Below are positions 8,102 through 16,983 of a stretch of 64,000 nt of DNA, one piece after another. The notes beneath the pieces were generated by a model. That model worked only from the letters and a program-made list of their open reading frames with translations, was not told where the DNA came from and did no database searches. Source of the DNA: an uncultured Nitrososphaerota archaeon (GTDB lineage: Archaea; Thermoproteota; Nitrososphaeria; Nitrososphaerales; Gagatemarchaeaceae); the NCBI GenBank assembly GCA_963838925.1, contig CAWISW010000002.1, forward strand, positions 352,001-416,000, read 5' to 3'. The position numbers were made by a program, and so were the translations under genes. Position 1 is the stretch's first letter. Each line of letters starts with the position of its first letter.

Positions 8102-10867
8102 ATGAAGTCACGGTCATTACTAGTCTTCATACTGATTCTCTCGCTGGCGGTAGTCCCCAGCATGCAGCTGGCCCTAGCGGCGTCCAGCACGTCCTCGACC
8201 ACCTCGTCCTCGACCACGACGTCGACTACGAGCACGGCCGCGTCGGCGCCGACGGGCTCGTACTCCCAGAGGGTCGACGTCTACCTCGCGGGGACCAACG
8301 ACTACTGGCGGGTCACCCTGACGGACGTCAACGCCACCAAGCCGTCTGTGGTTGCAGCGGAGGCGGTGCCGGGCGCGACCGCCTACGAGCTCACCGCCGT
8401 CAAGACGACCTCTTCGGTCGCGAGCTCTCAGCTCTTCTGGGCGGGGGGCTACAAGGTGCTCGACCTTCCGTTCATGCCTGACTCGGGCGTCTTCCTCAAC
8501 GTGACAGCGACGAGCCAGTCCGCCGCGCAATCGGTCGCCTCCGACATGGGGACCTACGTCGGCGCGAACTTCCAGCAGGTTGGCTCGGGCGGCGGCAACT
8601 ACACCTTCTTCAGCCCGGGTGACTTCACCGTCGCTGGAGAGATCTTGTACACCTCCACGGTCCCGACCGCCGAGAAGGGGCTGGCAGACATCACGTCGGC
8701 GTTCAGCCTTGCCACTGACCCAAACCCGACCGCGACCCTAACGGGCGTGCTCTCCGGCTCCTCGTATTCCCACACCTTCAGCTTCGGCTCGACCGCCACC
8801 AACGTGGTCGCTTCTAACGGGAGCCTGACCCTCGGTAAGGCGCTCAGCGTGGGCAACGACTCCTTCACCTCGGCGCTGAACGCGACCTCCACGAAGGTGG
8901 TCATCCACTCCTTAGACGGGCTGATAAGCAGCAGCGACGCAGCGACCATCGTCAACCACCAATCGAACTTCAGCGCCAGCTACACCTACAGCGTCCCGAA
9001 CAACACGAAGTTCAGGCCGAACATCACCATGCTCTCCGACCCGCCCGTCCTCAGCGCGACGCGGCTGGTGGGAACCGGCTCGCAGATCTCGGGCGGCTTC
9101 ATCACCGTCACCCTGCTCTTTAGGAACACGGCCGCCGCCGGAACAATCGACAACATCGCCTTGAACGACAACTGGTATGCTTCTTACCCGTCGCTCTTCT
9201 CCCTCTCCGCAGGAAACTCGAGCTTCACCGTCCCGACCCTCGCCGCCGGCCAGAACTTCTCGCAAGTCTACGTCCTGAAGGTGATTTCGTCTGCAAGCCA
9301 GGACTTGGTGGTGCCGGCCGTTCACGTCACGTACTCCTACTCGACGGGTGGCGTGACCGTCAACGCGGGCACAGAGACGAACCAGCTCGAGATCCGCACG
9401 AACGACCCCGGTCCAGCCCTGCAGATAACAGCGGGCGCCGACATCTCGTCGGGCTCGCCCATCGGAATGGCGGGGCACTATGTCGTGACCGTCACCAACA
9501 CAGGGAACGACGCAGCCCTCAGCCTGAAGGTCGGGAACTTCACGGACGAGAGCCTTGTGCAGGGTGGCGGAGTGTGGAAGTTCAACACGACCCTCCCGCT
9601 CAACAGCATCCTCGACCGCAACCTCACCCAGATGTTCACGCTCCAGTGGACGGCCCCCGACGGGACCCAGGGCACGCTGCAGTCGAACCCCGACGACCTC
9701 GTCCTGTCCCACTCAGGGATCCTGCTCCCCCTCATGCAGTTCAACGTAGCCGCGACCCTCTCGCCCGGGATTCTCGCCTCCGGAAGGGCCAACGCGACCT
9801 ACACCCTGACCAACGTCGGCAACGCAGCCCCAGCGAGCGTGACTGTCAACCAGGCGTTTGCGAACGGAATGGAGTGCAACAGCGTGCTGAAGGGCAACGC
9901 GACCTGCACGGCCAACGGCCTCTCATTCTCGGCCTCTGCCTTGGCTCCGGGCTCCAACGTCGGAGGTACCCTCGACATGGCCTTCTCGACCGACAACTAC
10001 ATCAGCGAGCCAGCGACCATCACGACGACCTACGCGGGCATCACACTCTACACCGGAGGCGCGGGGTTCGTCGTCCCGGCAGGCGTAATCGTGACCCGGG
10101 TCGACACGCCCAACCCCGTCTTCCAAGGGCAGAACGACACGGTGGTGATCAACGTGGCGAACCACGGTTCGCTGCCTGTCTACAACGTCACCCTCCTCAC
10201 CCAGCCTGACGTCTTCGACGTGGGAATCTCGGGAGCGCTTCACGCCGAGTACACGAACATAGCGGCCGACACCACGGAGTCGTTCAACTACACGGTGGGA
10301 ATCGTCACCCCAGGAAACCACACGACCTCCTCGATAACTCTCTCCTACGGGTTCGGGGGCTTCGCGGCCTCCTACACGGTGTTCCCCGGGACGGTCTTGG
10401 TGTACCACTCTGTGCAGGCCACCACGACGACGAAGCCGTCCACCCCGACCGAGGGGTCTGACTTCAAACTGATGGTCAACGTGCAGAACCCGTCGACGGC
10501 GAACGTGACCAACGTCGCCCTCGCCATCCATATTCCGCAGGGCCTGACGATAGTGAACGCGTCATCGGGACTCAGGGTGATCGGAAGAACCGTGACCATG
10601 GGTCTTTCTTCGCTCGGCGCGGGCTCGACCACGACGGGCACGCTGACGGTGGTGGCGGGCGCTGACGGCAGCATAAGCCTCGGGACAGGGACGCTCACCT
10701 TCGACTACGCCGGGTCGACAGTGACGGGCATCGTGAACACCCCTGCGATAGTTGTGGGCGTAGACCTGCTGGTGCGCTACGAGCTGCCCATCGGAGTCGC
10801 CGTCCTCCTGAGCCTCGTGGTCGCCGTCTACATGCACAGGAAGCTCACCGTGCCCCAAGTCAAGTGA
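8102..10867 (+). CDS. Large secreted Ig/CARDB-repeat surface glycoprotein with a C-terminal membrane anchor
   Basis: Signal peptide, Ser/Thr linker, repeated V.V.N.G motifs, many N-x-S/T sequons, C-terminal TM plus basic tail. Confidence 0.8.
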   Translation: MKSRSLLVFILILSLAVVPSMQLALAASSTSSTTSSSTTTSTTSTAASAPTGSYSQRVDVYLAGTNDYWRVTLTDVNATKPSVVAAEAVPGATAYELTAVKTTSSVASSQLFWAGGYKVLDLPFMPDSGVFLNVTATSQSAAQSVASDMGTYVGANFQQVGSGGGNYTFFSPGDFTVAGEILYTSTVPTAEKGLADITSAFSLATDPNPTATLTGVLSGSSYSHTFSFGSTATNVVASNGSLTLGKALSVGNDSFTSALNATSTKVVIHSLDGLISSSDAATIVNHQSNFSASYTYSVPNNTKFRPNITMLSDPPVLSATRLVGTGSQISGGFITVTLLFRNTAAAGTIDNIALNDNWYASYPSLFSLSAGNSSFTVPTLAAGQNFSQVYVLKVISSASQDLVVPAVHVTYSYSTGGVTVNAGTETNQLEIRTNDPGPALQITAGADISSGSPIGMAGHYVVTVTNTGNDAALSLKVGNFTDESLVQGGGVWKFNTTLPLNSILDRNLTQMFTLQWTAPDGTQGTLQSNPDDLVLSHSGILLPLMQFNVAATLSPGILASGRANATYTLTNVGNAAPASVTVNQAFANGMECNSVLKGNATCTANGLSFSASALAPGSNVGGTLDMAFSTDNYISEPATITTTYAGITLYTGGAGFVVPAGVIVTRVDTPNPVFQGQNDTVVINVANHGSLPVYNVTLLTQPDVFDVGISGALHAEYTNIAADTTESFNYTVGIVTPGNHTTSSITLSYGFGGFAASYTVFPGTVLVYHSVQATTTTKPSTPTEGSDFKLMVNVQNPSTANVTNVALAIHIPQGLTIVNASSGLRVIGRTVTMGLSSLGAGSTTTGTLTVVAGADGSISLGTGTLTFDYAGSTVTGIVNTPAIVVGVDLLVRYELPIGVAVLLSLVVAVYMHRKLTVPQVK

Positions 10868-10874
10868 CCACCTA

Positions 10875-11390
10875 GTGGCTGACGCAAGACCTAGTCGCCG
10901 TCAGCCGTCATCGCCCTCTCCAGGCTCCAGACCAGGCTTGGAGGAGAGGTCTGCAGGAGCGGTCGTCTTCCGGCGCGACTCAGGGTCGCCGCGTTACCTG
11001 CTCCTGAAGTATCCGGCGGGGCACTGGGACCTCCCGAAGGGGAACATCGAGAAGGGCGAGGAGCCCCTGCAGACGATGGCCAGGGAGGTCAGGGAGGAGA
11101 CGGGGATAGTCGACCTCGTGGTCATCCCGGGCTTTGAGAGGAAGATCGAGTACTTCTACAGGCGCGAAGGCAGGAAGGTCCACAAGACCGTTGTCTTCTT
11201 CCTGGCCGAGACCCAGTCTGAGAAGGTGACCATCTCATTCGAGCACCAAGCGTACGGCTGGTACGGCTTCGAGGAGGCGCTGAAGGCTGTGACCTATCCG
11301 AACGCTAAGAGGCTGATCAGGGAGGCCGAGTCGCTCGTCGGCGAGGGAAGGGCTGCCTCGACTAGGCGGGCCGACGGACCCACTCGCTGA
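10875..11390 (+). CDS. NUDIX hydrolase, Ap4A hydrolase-like
   Basis: SAGAVVF, HWDLPKGNIEKGE...REVREETG, ISFEH. Confidence 0.9.
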   Translation: MADARPSRRQPSSPSPGSRPGLEERSAGAVVFRRDSGSPRYLLLKYPAGHWDLPKGNIEKGEEPLQTMAREVREETGIVDLVVIPGFERKIEYFYRREGRKVHKTVVFFLAETQSEKVTISFEHQAYGWYGFEEALKAVTYPNAKRLIREAESLVGEGRAASTRRADGPTR

Positions 11391-12447
11391 CCCTCTCCAT
11401 CGCGACCTCGTCGGTCAGAGAAACGGGCGGGTGCTTCATCAGCCAAGCGCTCGCCTCGATGAGGGGGCCTCCCACATTCTTGTCCATCGCGATCTTGCAG
11501 TACCTTATCGCGTCGACCACGACTCCCGCGGAGTTCGCCTTGTCGTCAACCTCGAGCCGGAGCTCCATGTTGAACGGGACGCCGGGGAACATCGTCCCCT
11601 CGATCCTGATGAACGCAAGCTTCGTGTTCCCGAGGTACGGGATGAAGTCGCTCGGCCCCACGTAGATCCTCTCGCTGGGCAAGCGCTCCCTCAGCTGGCT
11701 CTGGACGGCCTCCGTCTTGGAGATCCTCTTCGACTCGAGGCGCTGCTGCTCCTTCATGTTGAGGAAGTCGGTGTTGCCTCCCACGTTGATCTGGTACGTC
11801 CTGTCCACCCTGACCGACCTGTCCGAGCAGAGCCTCGCGAGCGTCCTGTGGACTATGGTCGCCCCCACGACGCCCTTCACGTCGTCCCCGACGATCGGGA
11901 GGCGGCTCTTCGAGAACCTCTTCGCCCAGCCGGCGTTCGAAGCGATGAAGACGGGGATGCAGTTGACGAACCCCACGCCCGCCTGCAGGGCGACGTCCGC
12001 CCAGAACTTCGTCGCCTTCTGGCTGCCCACTGGCAGGTAGTTGACCAGCAGCTGGGTCTTCGACTCTTTCAGCTCGTCAAGCACCTCGTCCCTGATGGCG
12101 GAGACCGCCCTCCCGCTCTTGAGCGGCTTGATCTTCTCCCCCACGTATATCCCAACCCCGTCCAGGACCGGGGACTCGCCCACTATCGCGTCGCAGCCTG
12201 AGACGCTGTCGGTCCACCTCACCATGTTCGGCCCGAGGTATATCGCCTTCGAGAGGGGCTTCCCGACCTTGTTCGCCCCCACGTCGTAGGCGGCCACGAA
12301 GTCGATGTCCTCTATGCGGTAGGCCCCTATCTTGGTGTTGCCTAGGGCCTTCGCGTCCTTGTCCCCCCTCTTGCAGAGCTCTATTCCCTGGATTATTCCG
12401 GAGGCGCAGTTTCCCACCCCCACGATTCCCGCGCGTATCTTGGACAA
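11362..12447 (-). CDS. ino1: Myo-inositol-1-phosphate synthase
   Basis: GVGNCAS, NYLPVGS, GDDVKG.VGATIVHR, NVGGNTDFLNM, SKRISKT, NSAGVVVDA. Confidence 0.95.
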   Translation of the reverse strand: MSKIRAGIVGVGNCASGIIQGIELCKRGDKDAKALGNTKIGAYRIEDIDFVAAYDVGANKVGKPLSKAIYLGPNMVRWTDSVSGCDAIVGESPVLDGVGIYVGEKIKPLKSGRAVSAIRDEVLDELKESKTQLLVNYLPVGSQKATKFWADVALQAGVGFVNCIPVFIASNAGWAKRFSKSRLPIVGDDVKGVVGATIVHRTLARLCSDRSVRVDRTYQINVGGNTDFLNMKEQQRLESKRISKTEAVQSQLRERLPSERIYVGPSDFIPYLGNTKLAFIRIEGTMFPGVPFNMELRLEVDDKANSAGVVVDAIRYCKIAMDKNVGGPLIEASAWLMKHPPVSLTDEVAMERVSEWVRRPA

Positions 12448-12522
12448 GCGGATTACTGCAGCCCGACCTGAGACGTGATTATAAACTGCTTTCTTCTTGA
12501 GCGAAGAGTCCGGCAGGCGCCC

Positions 12523-13257
12523 CTAGGCGTCGAGCTCGCGGTTGAGCGCCTCGACCTTCCTCACCGGGTCCTTCGAGTCGACGATCGAGCGGCCGACTAT
12601 GAGGTAGTCCGCCCCTGCTGCCAGCGCCTTCTTCGCGTCGCCGCCCTGGAATCCTACGCCCGGGCTGAGGATCACCTGGTCCTTGCTTAGGGTCGACCTC
12701 ACCTGGCGGATGATCGAGGGGGACTTGGACGAGACGACCGCCCCGTCAGCCCCCCACTCCTTGGTCTTGCGAGCGAACCTGAGGTACAGCGGCTCCTTCC
12801 CGACCTTCAGGCCGTAGCCCTCCTTCGCGCCGGTGTGGCTCATGTAGACCAGCAGTATGATGCCCTTTCGCATCTCCCTGCTCTTGGCGATGAGGTCCTC
12901 GATGCCGTCCTTGTATCCCACGAAGGGGTTCGCGATGAGCGCGTCGAACCCGTTCGAGAACAGGGTCTCGGCCGCCTCGACGTTGGTGGATCCTATGTCG
13001 TTCAGCTTCATGTCCGCGATGAGGGGGAGCGCCCCGTCCTCGCAGCGCTCGGTGAGCTCTCTCAGCCCGAGCGCGCCGTACGGGAGCAAGAGGTGCCAGT
13101 TGACCTTGACCGCGACGATGCGCTCCCTCATCCCCGAGACGAGGGACACCGCCCTGTCGAGCCTCGTCTCGAACGGGCCACCCACGTCGGCGGCGAGGAT
13201 GATTCTGCTGCCTGACTTGCGCGAGTTTGATTCTAGCCAATCCCTGAGGAGTTTCAC
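12523..13257 (-). CDS. pyrF: Orotidine-5'-phosphate decarboxylase
   Basis: IILAAD, DMKLNDIGST, SPGVGFQGG, IVGRSI. The GTG start overlaps the upstream stop (GTGA). Confidence 0.93.
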   Translation of the reverse strand: MKLLRDWLESNSRKSGSRIILAADVGGPFETRLDRAVSLVSGMRERIVAVKVNWHLLLPYGALGLRELTERCEDGALPLIADMKLNDIGSTNVEAAETLFSNGFDALIANPFVGYKDGIEDLIAKSREMRKGIILLVYMSHTGAKEGYGLKVGKEPLYLRFARKTKEWGADGAVVSSKSPSIIRQVRSTLSKDQVILSPGVGFQGGDAKKALAAGADYLIVGRSIVDSKDPVRKVEALNRELDA

Positions 13258-13967
13258 TTGAACTCCACCAAGGGGTGCTTCTCCTTCAGCTTTACCACCT
13301 TCACGTAGATCGAGCCGTGCTCGTCTATCCTCTTGCTGAAGCCCGTGTCGACGAGCCTCGAGGCAGAATACCTCACGAATCCCGAGGTGGGCTCCTTGTC
13401 CAGGCGGGCGTAGAAGAAGAGCGAGGCCTCCTCGAAGTCGTCGAGCCTCGCGAAGCAGCCGGTTATCCAGCTCGTCCCGTTCTTGAACGTGTAGAGAGGC
13501 AGCGGGGGCTCCTCGTAGAGCATCTTGTAGGAGGCGATCTTCATGAGGTTGGCCAGGTCGGACACCTGCGCGGCGAGGAACCTCGCCTTGAAGCCCGACC
13601 GCCTCTCGAGGACCCGCGGCAGCTTGAGGATGTGGACTATGGGCGCGTACATGTACGAGGGGTTGAGCGCGGCCTCGACCAGCTGTGCGTCCTCGGTCTC
13701 TCCCGAGCTCTTGTAGGCAAGGAACTCCCCTCCCTTCTCGACCTCGATGTGGTAGAAGATCGGGATGCCCATGAAGAGGTCGGTCTGGACGGCGAGCCTG
13801 AACTTGCTGCCCTCCTTCGACATGAATATCGGGAACGGCGCCCTCTCGAACGCGCACGCCAGCCGAGCTAGATCTGTGAGACTCTCGAGCTCGACGAAGC
13901 AGGCTCCGACTATCCGCTTCTGTCCAGCGTCGGTCCTGGCTTTTGTCGACAAACTCTGCGCTCGCAA
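13254..13967 (-). CDS. Hypothetical protein with an internal duplication
   Basis: Two similar halves (ELESLTDLARL / QVSDLANLMKI ... IVHI / YVKVV); translationally coupled to pyrF. Confidence 0.75.
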   Translation of the reverse strand: MRAQSLSTKARTDAGQKRIVGACFVELESLTDLARLACAFERAPFPIFMSKEGSKFRLAVQTDLFMGIPIFYHIEVEKGGEFLAYKSSGETEDAQLVEAALNPSYMYAPIVHILKLPRVLERRSGFKARFLAAQVSDLANLMKIASYKMLYEEPPLPLYTFKNGTSWITGCFARLDDFEEASLFFYARLDKEPTSGFVRYSASRLVDTGFSKRIDEHGSIYVKVVKLKEKHPLVEFK

Positions 13968-14050
13968 TTCCTGCTCTTTAATAATGTTCGCAATTTCGTA
14001 GCCCTCGGTCTTCTGTTTTGGCCCCTCCGCGCGTCGAAAGAGGTGGGAAG

Positions 14051-14443
14051 ATGGAGCCGGTCGACGTGGAGAGGTACAGTGCGGAGGCTGGAGCGCTCGA
14101 GTCTAAGCTGGCCGGCGCGCTCTCCCAGTCTCAGTCCGGCCCCGACGAGCAGGCCGTGTGGGAGGCTTACGCGGGGACCGAGAAGCTCATAGCCGTGATG
14201 AAGATGAGGCTGGACTACGAGACACCCGGCGTCTTCACCAAGCTCCCGGAAGCGAGCGACCCGGCCAAGCTGCTCGCGGATGCCCGCGAGCTGCTCTCGA
14301 GGGCGGCGGGGGAGATCTCCGCTGACAGGGGCACCAAGGCGATAGAGACGCTGCGGATGGCGAGAAACGACCTCCGGAGCTACCTGACCGACAAGAGAAA
14401 GTCAGCCACGAAGCGGGCGCGCAGCCGGCCGGCTCAGCACTGA
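14051..14443 (+). CDS. Hypothetical helical protein
   Basis: Coding-like ORF with an SD-like GGTGGG upstream. Confidence 0.7.
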   Translation: MEPVDVERYSAEAGALESKLAGALSQSQSGPDEQAVWEAYAGTEKLIAVMKMRLDYETPGVFTKLPEASDPAKLLADARELLSRAAGEISADRGTKAIETLRMARNDLRSYLTDKRKSATKRARSRPAQH

Positions 14444-14447
14444 GTGC

Positions 14448-14837
14448 CTAGGCTGGGACGGGCTTTTCATTGGCGGGGGCTTCGGCCGCTGCCGGGGCCT
14501 TCTCCTTCTCCTCGGCCTTCTCGGCGGGTTTCTCCTCCTTCTTCTCCTTGCTCTTCTTCACTTCCTTCTCCTCCTCTTCCTCCTTCGTGCCCTCGAGCTC
14601 GACCAGCCTCAGCTCGCCCTCCTCCACCAGGACCCTGTAATCGTCACGGACCTTCTCGATGCTGAGGAACCTCTTGATGTACGTCTTCACGTGCCTTGAG
14701 CGGATTCCCTTCTTCAGCGACTTGTCTTCGATGTCCAGCTCGTCGCCGCTCACTTCAGGCTTCGCGCCTATACGAGGCTCGAGAAACTTTGCGAGCTCGT
14801 CCCCCTTGTCCTTCAGGGTGCCCAGGAGTATCTTCAT
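14448..14837 (-). CDS. Putative ribosomal protein eL22 (L22e) homologue with an acidic/Lys-rich tail
   Basis: ELAKFLEPRI...RHVKTYIKRFL..EKVRDDYRVLV resembles the eL22 core (YLKYLTKKYL...LRDWLRVV). Confidence 0.6.
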   Translation of the reverse strand: MKILLGTLKDKGDELAKFLEPRIGAKPEVSGDELDIEDKSLKKGIRSRHVKTYIKRFLSIEKVRDDYRVLVEEGELRLVELEGTKEEEEEKEVKKSKEKKEEKPAEKAEEKEKAPAAAEAPANEKPVPA

Positions 14838-14877
14838 TCTTGTTCAGCGAACCTCCTTCTGGGTGTCATTATAACGA

Positions 14878-15660
14878 TTATCGTCCCAGCCTCCTCTGCC
14901 TCCGCTGGTAGGTCCTTATCGCCCTGAGGAGGTCTATCTTGCGGAAGGCGGGCCAGTACACGTCGAGGAAGACGAGCTCGCTGTATGCGCCCTGCCAGAG
15001 GAGGAAGCCGCTCATCCTCTCCTCGCCCGACGTCCTGATGATTAGGTCTGGCTCGGGGTTGGGAAGGTGCGAGGTGTACAGCCGCCTCGATATGGTATCC
15101 TCCGTGATGTCCTCGGGGGAGAGTGTCCCCTTCCTCACCTCCATCGCGATGTCCTTGACCGAGTCGGTGATCTCCGCCCTCCCTCCGTACGCCACGGCGA
15201 TGTTGAGGAAGTGCCCGTCGAATTCGGCGGTCTTCTTCTCAACCTCGTCAAGTATGTCCCTCATCTCCTGCGGTAGGAGGTCGAACTTCCCTATCCCCTT
15301 CACCCTCACCTTGTACCTGTAGATCCTCTCGTCGGTGAGCAGCCTCCTCAGCCTCTCCTCGATGAGCCTGAAGAGCTCTGCGACCTCCTCCGAGGTCCTC
15401 TGGAGGTTCTCGGTCGAGAGGACGTAGAGCGTTATCGACTTTATCCCTATCTCGTGGCACCAGTCGAGGAGCCTCTCCACGACGTCGGCGCCCTGCGTGT
15501 GGCCGAGGTCGACTGTGAGCCTGTGGTTCTGCGCCCACCTCCTGTTGCCGTCGAGGATGATGCCGATGTGCCCGGGTATCGGACCGCCCTCTATCTCGGA
15601 GTTGAGCCTGCTCTCGTAGAGCCGGTATACTCCTATGGACTGGAGGATCTCGTCAAGCAC
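14878..15660 (-). CDS. uppS: cis-polyprenyl diphosphate synthase
   Basis: HIGIILDGNRRWA, LSTENLQR, AYGGRAEI, DLIIRTSGEERMSGFLLWQ. Confidence 0.96.
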   Translation of the reverse strand: MLDEILQSIGVYRLYESRLNSEIEGGPIPGHIGIILDGNRRWAQNHRLTVDLGHTQGADVVERLLDWCHEIGIKSITLYVLSTENLQRTSEEVAELFRLIEERLRRLLTDERIYRYKVRVKGIGKFDLLPQEMRDILDEVEKKTAEFDGHFLNIAVAYGGRAEITDSVKDIAMEVRKGTLSPEDITEDTISRRLYTSHLPNPEPDLIIRTSGEERMSGFLLWQGAYSELVFLDVYWPAFRKIDLLRAIRTYQRRQRRLGR

Positions 15661-15665
15661 AGCCG

Positions 15666-16874
15666 TCAGTCCTGGTGGTCTTCGCTCGGTTCGTGGTCCT
15701 CGTCATGGGCCGTGGGGGGCTCGCTGGAGGGCAGCGAGGGCCCGGGGGTCGCCGTCGTATGCACGGACGGCCTCCCCCTGAGGCGGGTGTACAGCGTGAT
15801 TACCACGCCGAAGACGGCCGCGAGGCCAACGAGCACGTAGGTGATCAGGAGCACCGATGAGCCCGTCCCGCCCGTGATCAGGTACGTGCTGAACTGGTCC
15901 ACTGGGAGGTACAGCAGGGCGAGGACGACGATGCCCGTGACGCTCCTCCACGTCCTGTGGCTGCCTCGGAGGAACTGGGTGAGGAGGGTCCCCGCCAGGT
16001 AGATGCCTATCGCCGTCCATATGAGGAGGAGGGATCCTTGTATGTAGTAGCCTACCAGGGTCCCGCCGTACTGGAAGAAGTGGGAGGGCGAGGCGGTCAC
16101 GTCGGTCATGAGGGCTGCCGCGTTGTCCGCCATGTTGGAGTATCCGCTCGAGAGCCCGACGATCAGTATGAGGATGCTCGTCGGGATGGTGAAGAGCCTG
16201 ATGTACCCGAACGGCTTCTGGCTAAGCATCCCCGCCACGAACCTGTCGATGTTGAAGCCCCGCACGAGGAACGCGCCTCCGATGATGATCAGCACTGCGA
16301 AGGTCGCCAGGGTGGCCTCACCGGCAAGCACCAATACGCCCGCGAACAGCAAGATGATGCCCGGGACCCCTATGGCCCACTTCGAGTACCTCGGCTCGAA
16401 GACCAGCATCCTGAGGTACCGCCCCAGGACCATGTAGTTCTCCTCGACCGACCTGCTGTGCTTGACGACGACGCGCCTCACTGAGACTATCGGCTTGAGG
16501 GTCTGTAAGATCGGAACGACGAGCTCGTCCTCGGCACCGTCGCTGATGAGCACTATCCCGGAGTACTGCTGCTTCGCGAGGAGCGCCTCGACCTCGCGGC
16601 GAATCTTCTTGTCCGCGGTGTAGTCGCTCTCCTCTAGGCCGCAGACTGCCCCCACGTCGCACTGCACCTCCTGCGCCCTGAGCTCGTCGTACTCCTTCAC
16701 GGCCGCGAAGAGCGCGTTGGCGTCAGCCTCCTCGGGGTCGGCCACGGCTAGGCTCGTCGCCGCAGCCATCACCGCCTCCCTCCCGAAGACCGGGGAGCGC
16801 GTCCCTGTCTTTCGCTCCAGGTCGCCGTCCCTGTCGACCGAGAGTACCAGGACGCGCTCTTGCGGTGCGGACAT
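15666..16874 (-). CDS. DUF373 family membrane protein
   Basis: LSVDRDGDL, ADPEEADANALF, SDGAEDE, VVVKHSRSVE; typical neighbour of uppS. Confidence 0.9.
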   Translation of the reverse strand: MSAPQERVLVLSVDRDGDLERKTGTRSPVFGREAVMAAATSLAVADPEEADANALFAAVKEYDELRAQEVQCDVGAVCGLEESDYTADKKIRREVEALLAKQQYSGIVLISDGAEDELVVPILQTLKPIVSVRRVVVKHSRSVEENYMVLGRYLRMLVFEPRYSKWAIGVPGIILLFAGVLVLAGEATLATFAVLIIIGGAFLVRGFNIDRFVAGMLSQKPFGYIRLFTIPTSILILIVGLSSGYSNMADNAAALMTDVTASPSHFFQYGGTLVGYYIQGSLLLIWTAIGIYLAGTLLTQFLRGSHRTWRSVTGIVVLALLYLPVDQFSTYLITGGTGSSVLLITYVLVGLAAVFGVVITLYTRLRGRPSVHTTATPGPSLPSSEPPTAHDEDHEPSEDHQD

Positions 16875-16983
16875 GCTCGCTTTCGCCCTAAACTACGCCC
16901 CTCGCTACTTAAGGGCTACTCCGGCGCTCGGCTCCGCCCCTCGCGGAAAGACAAAATAGCCGCCCCGCTAGCTGCAAGACGTC

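Noticed and set aside
12523-13857. Long N-terminal extensions and antisense ORFs in the ORF track (e.g. 444-aa pyrF, 18570-20249, 33116-34384)
   Set aside because: These are shadow ORFs typical of high GC; they overlap well-supported genes and lack motifs.
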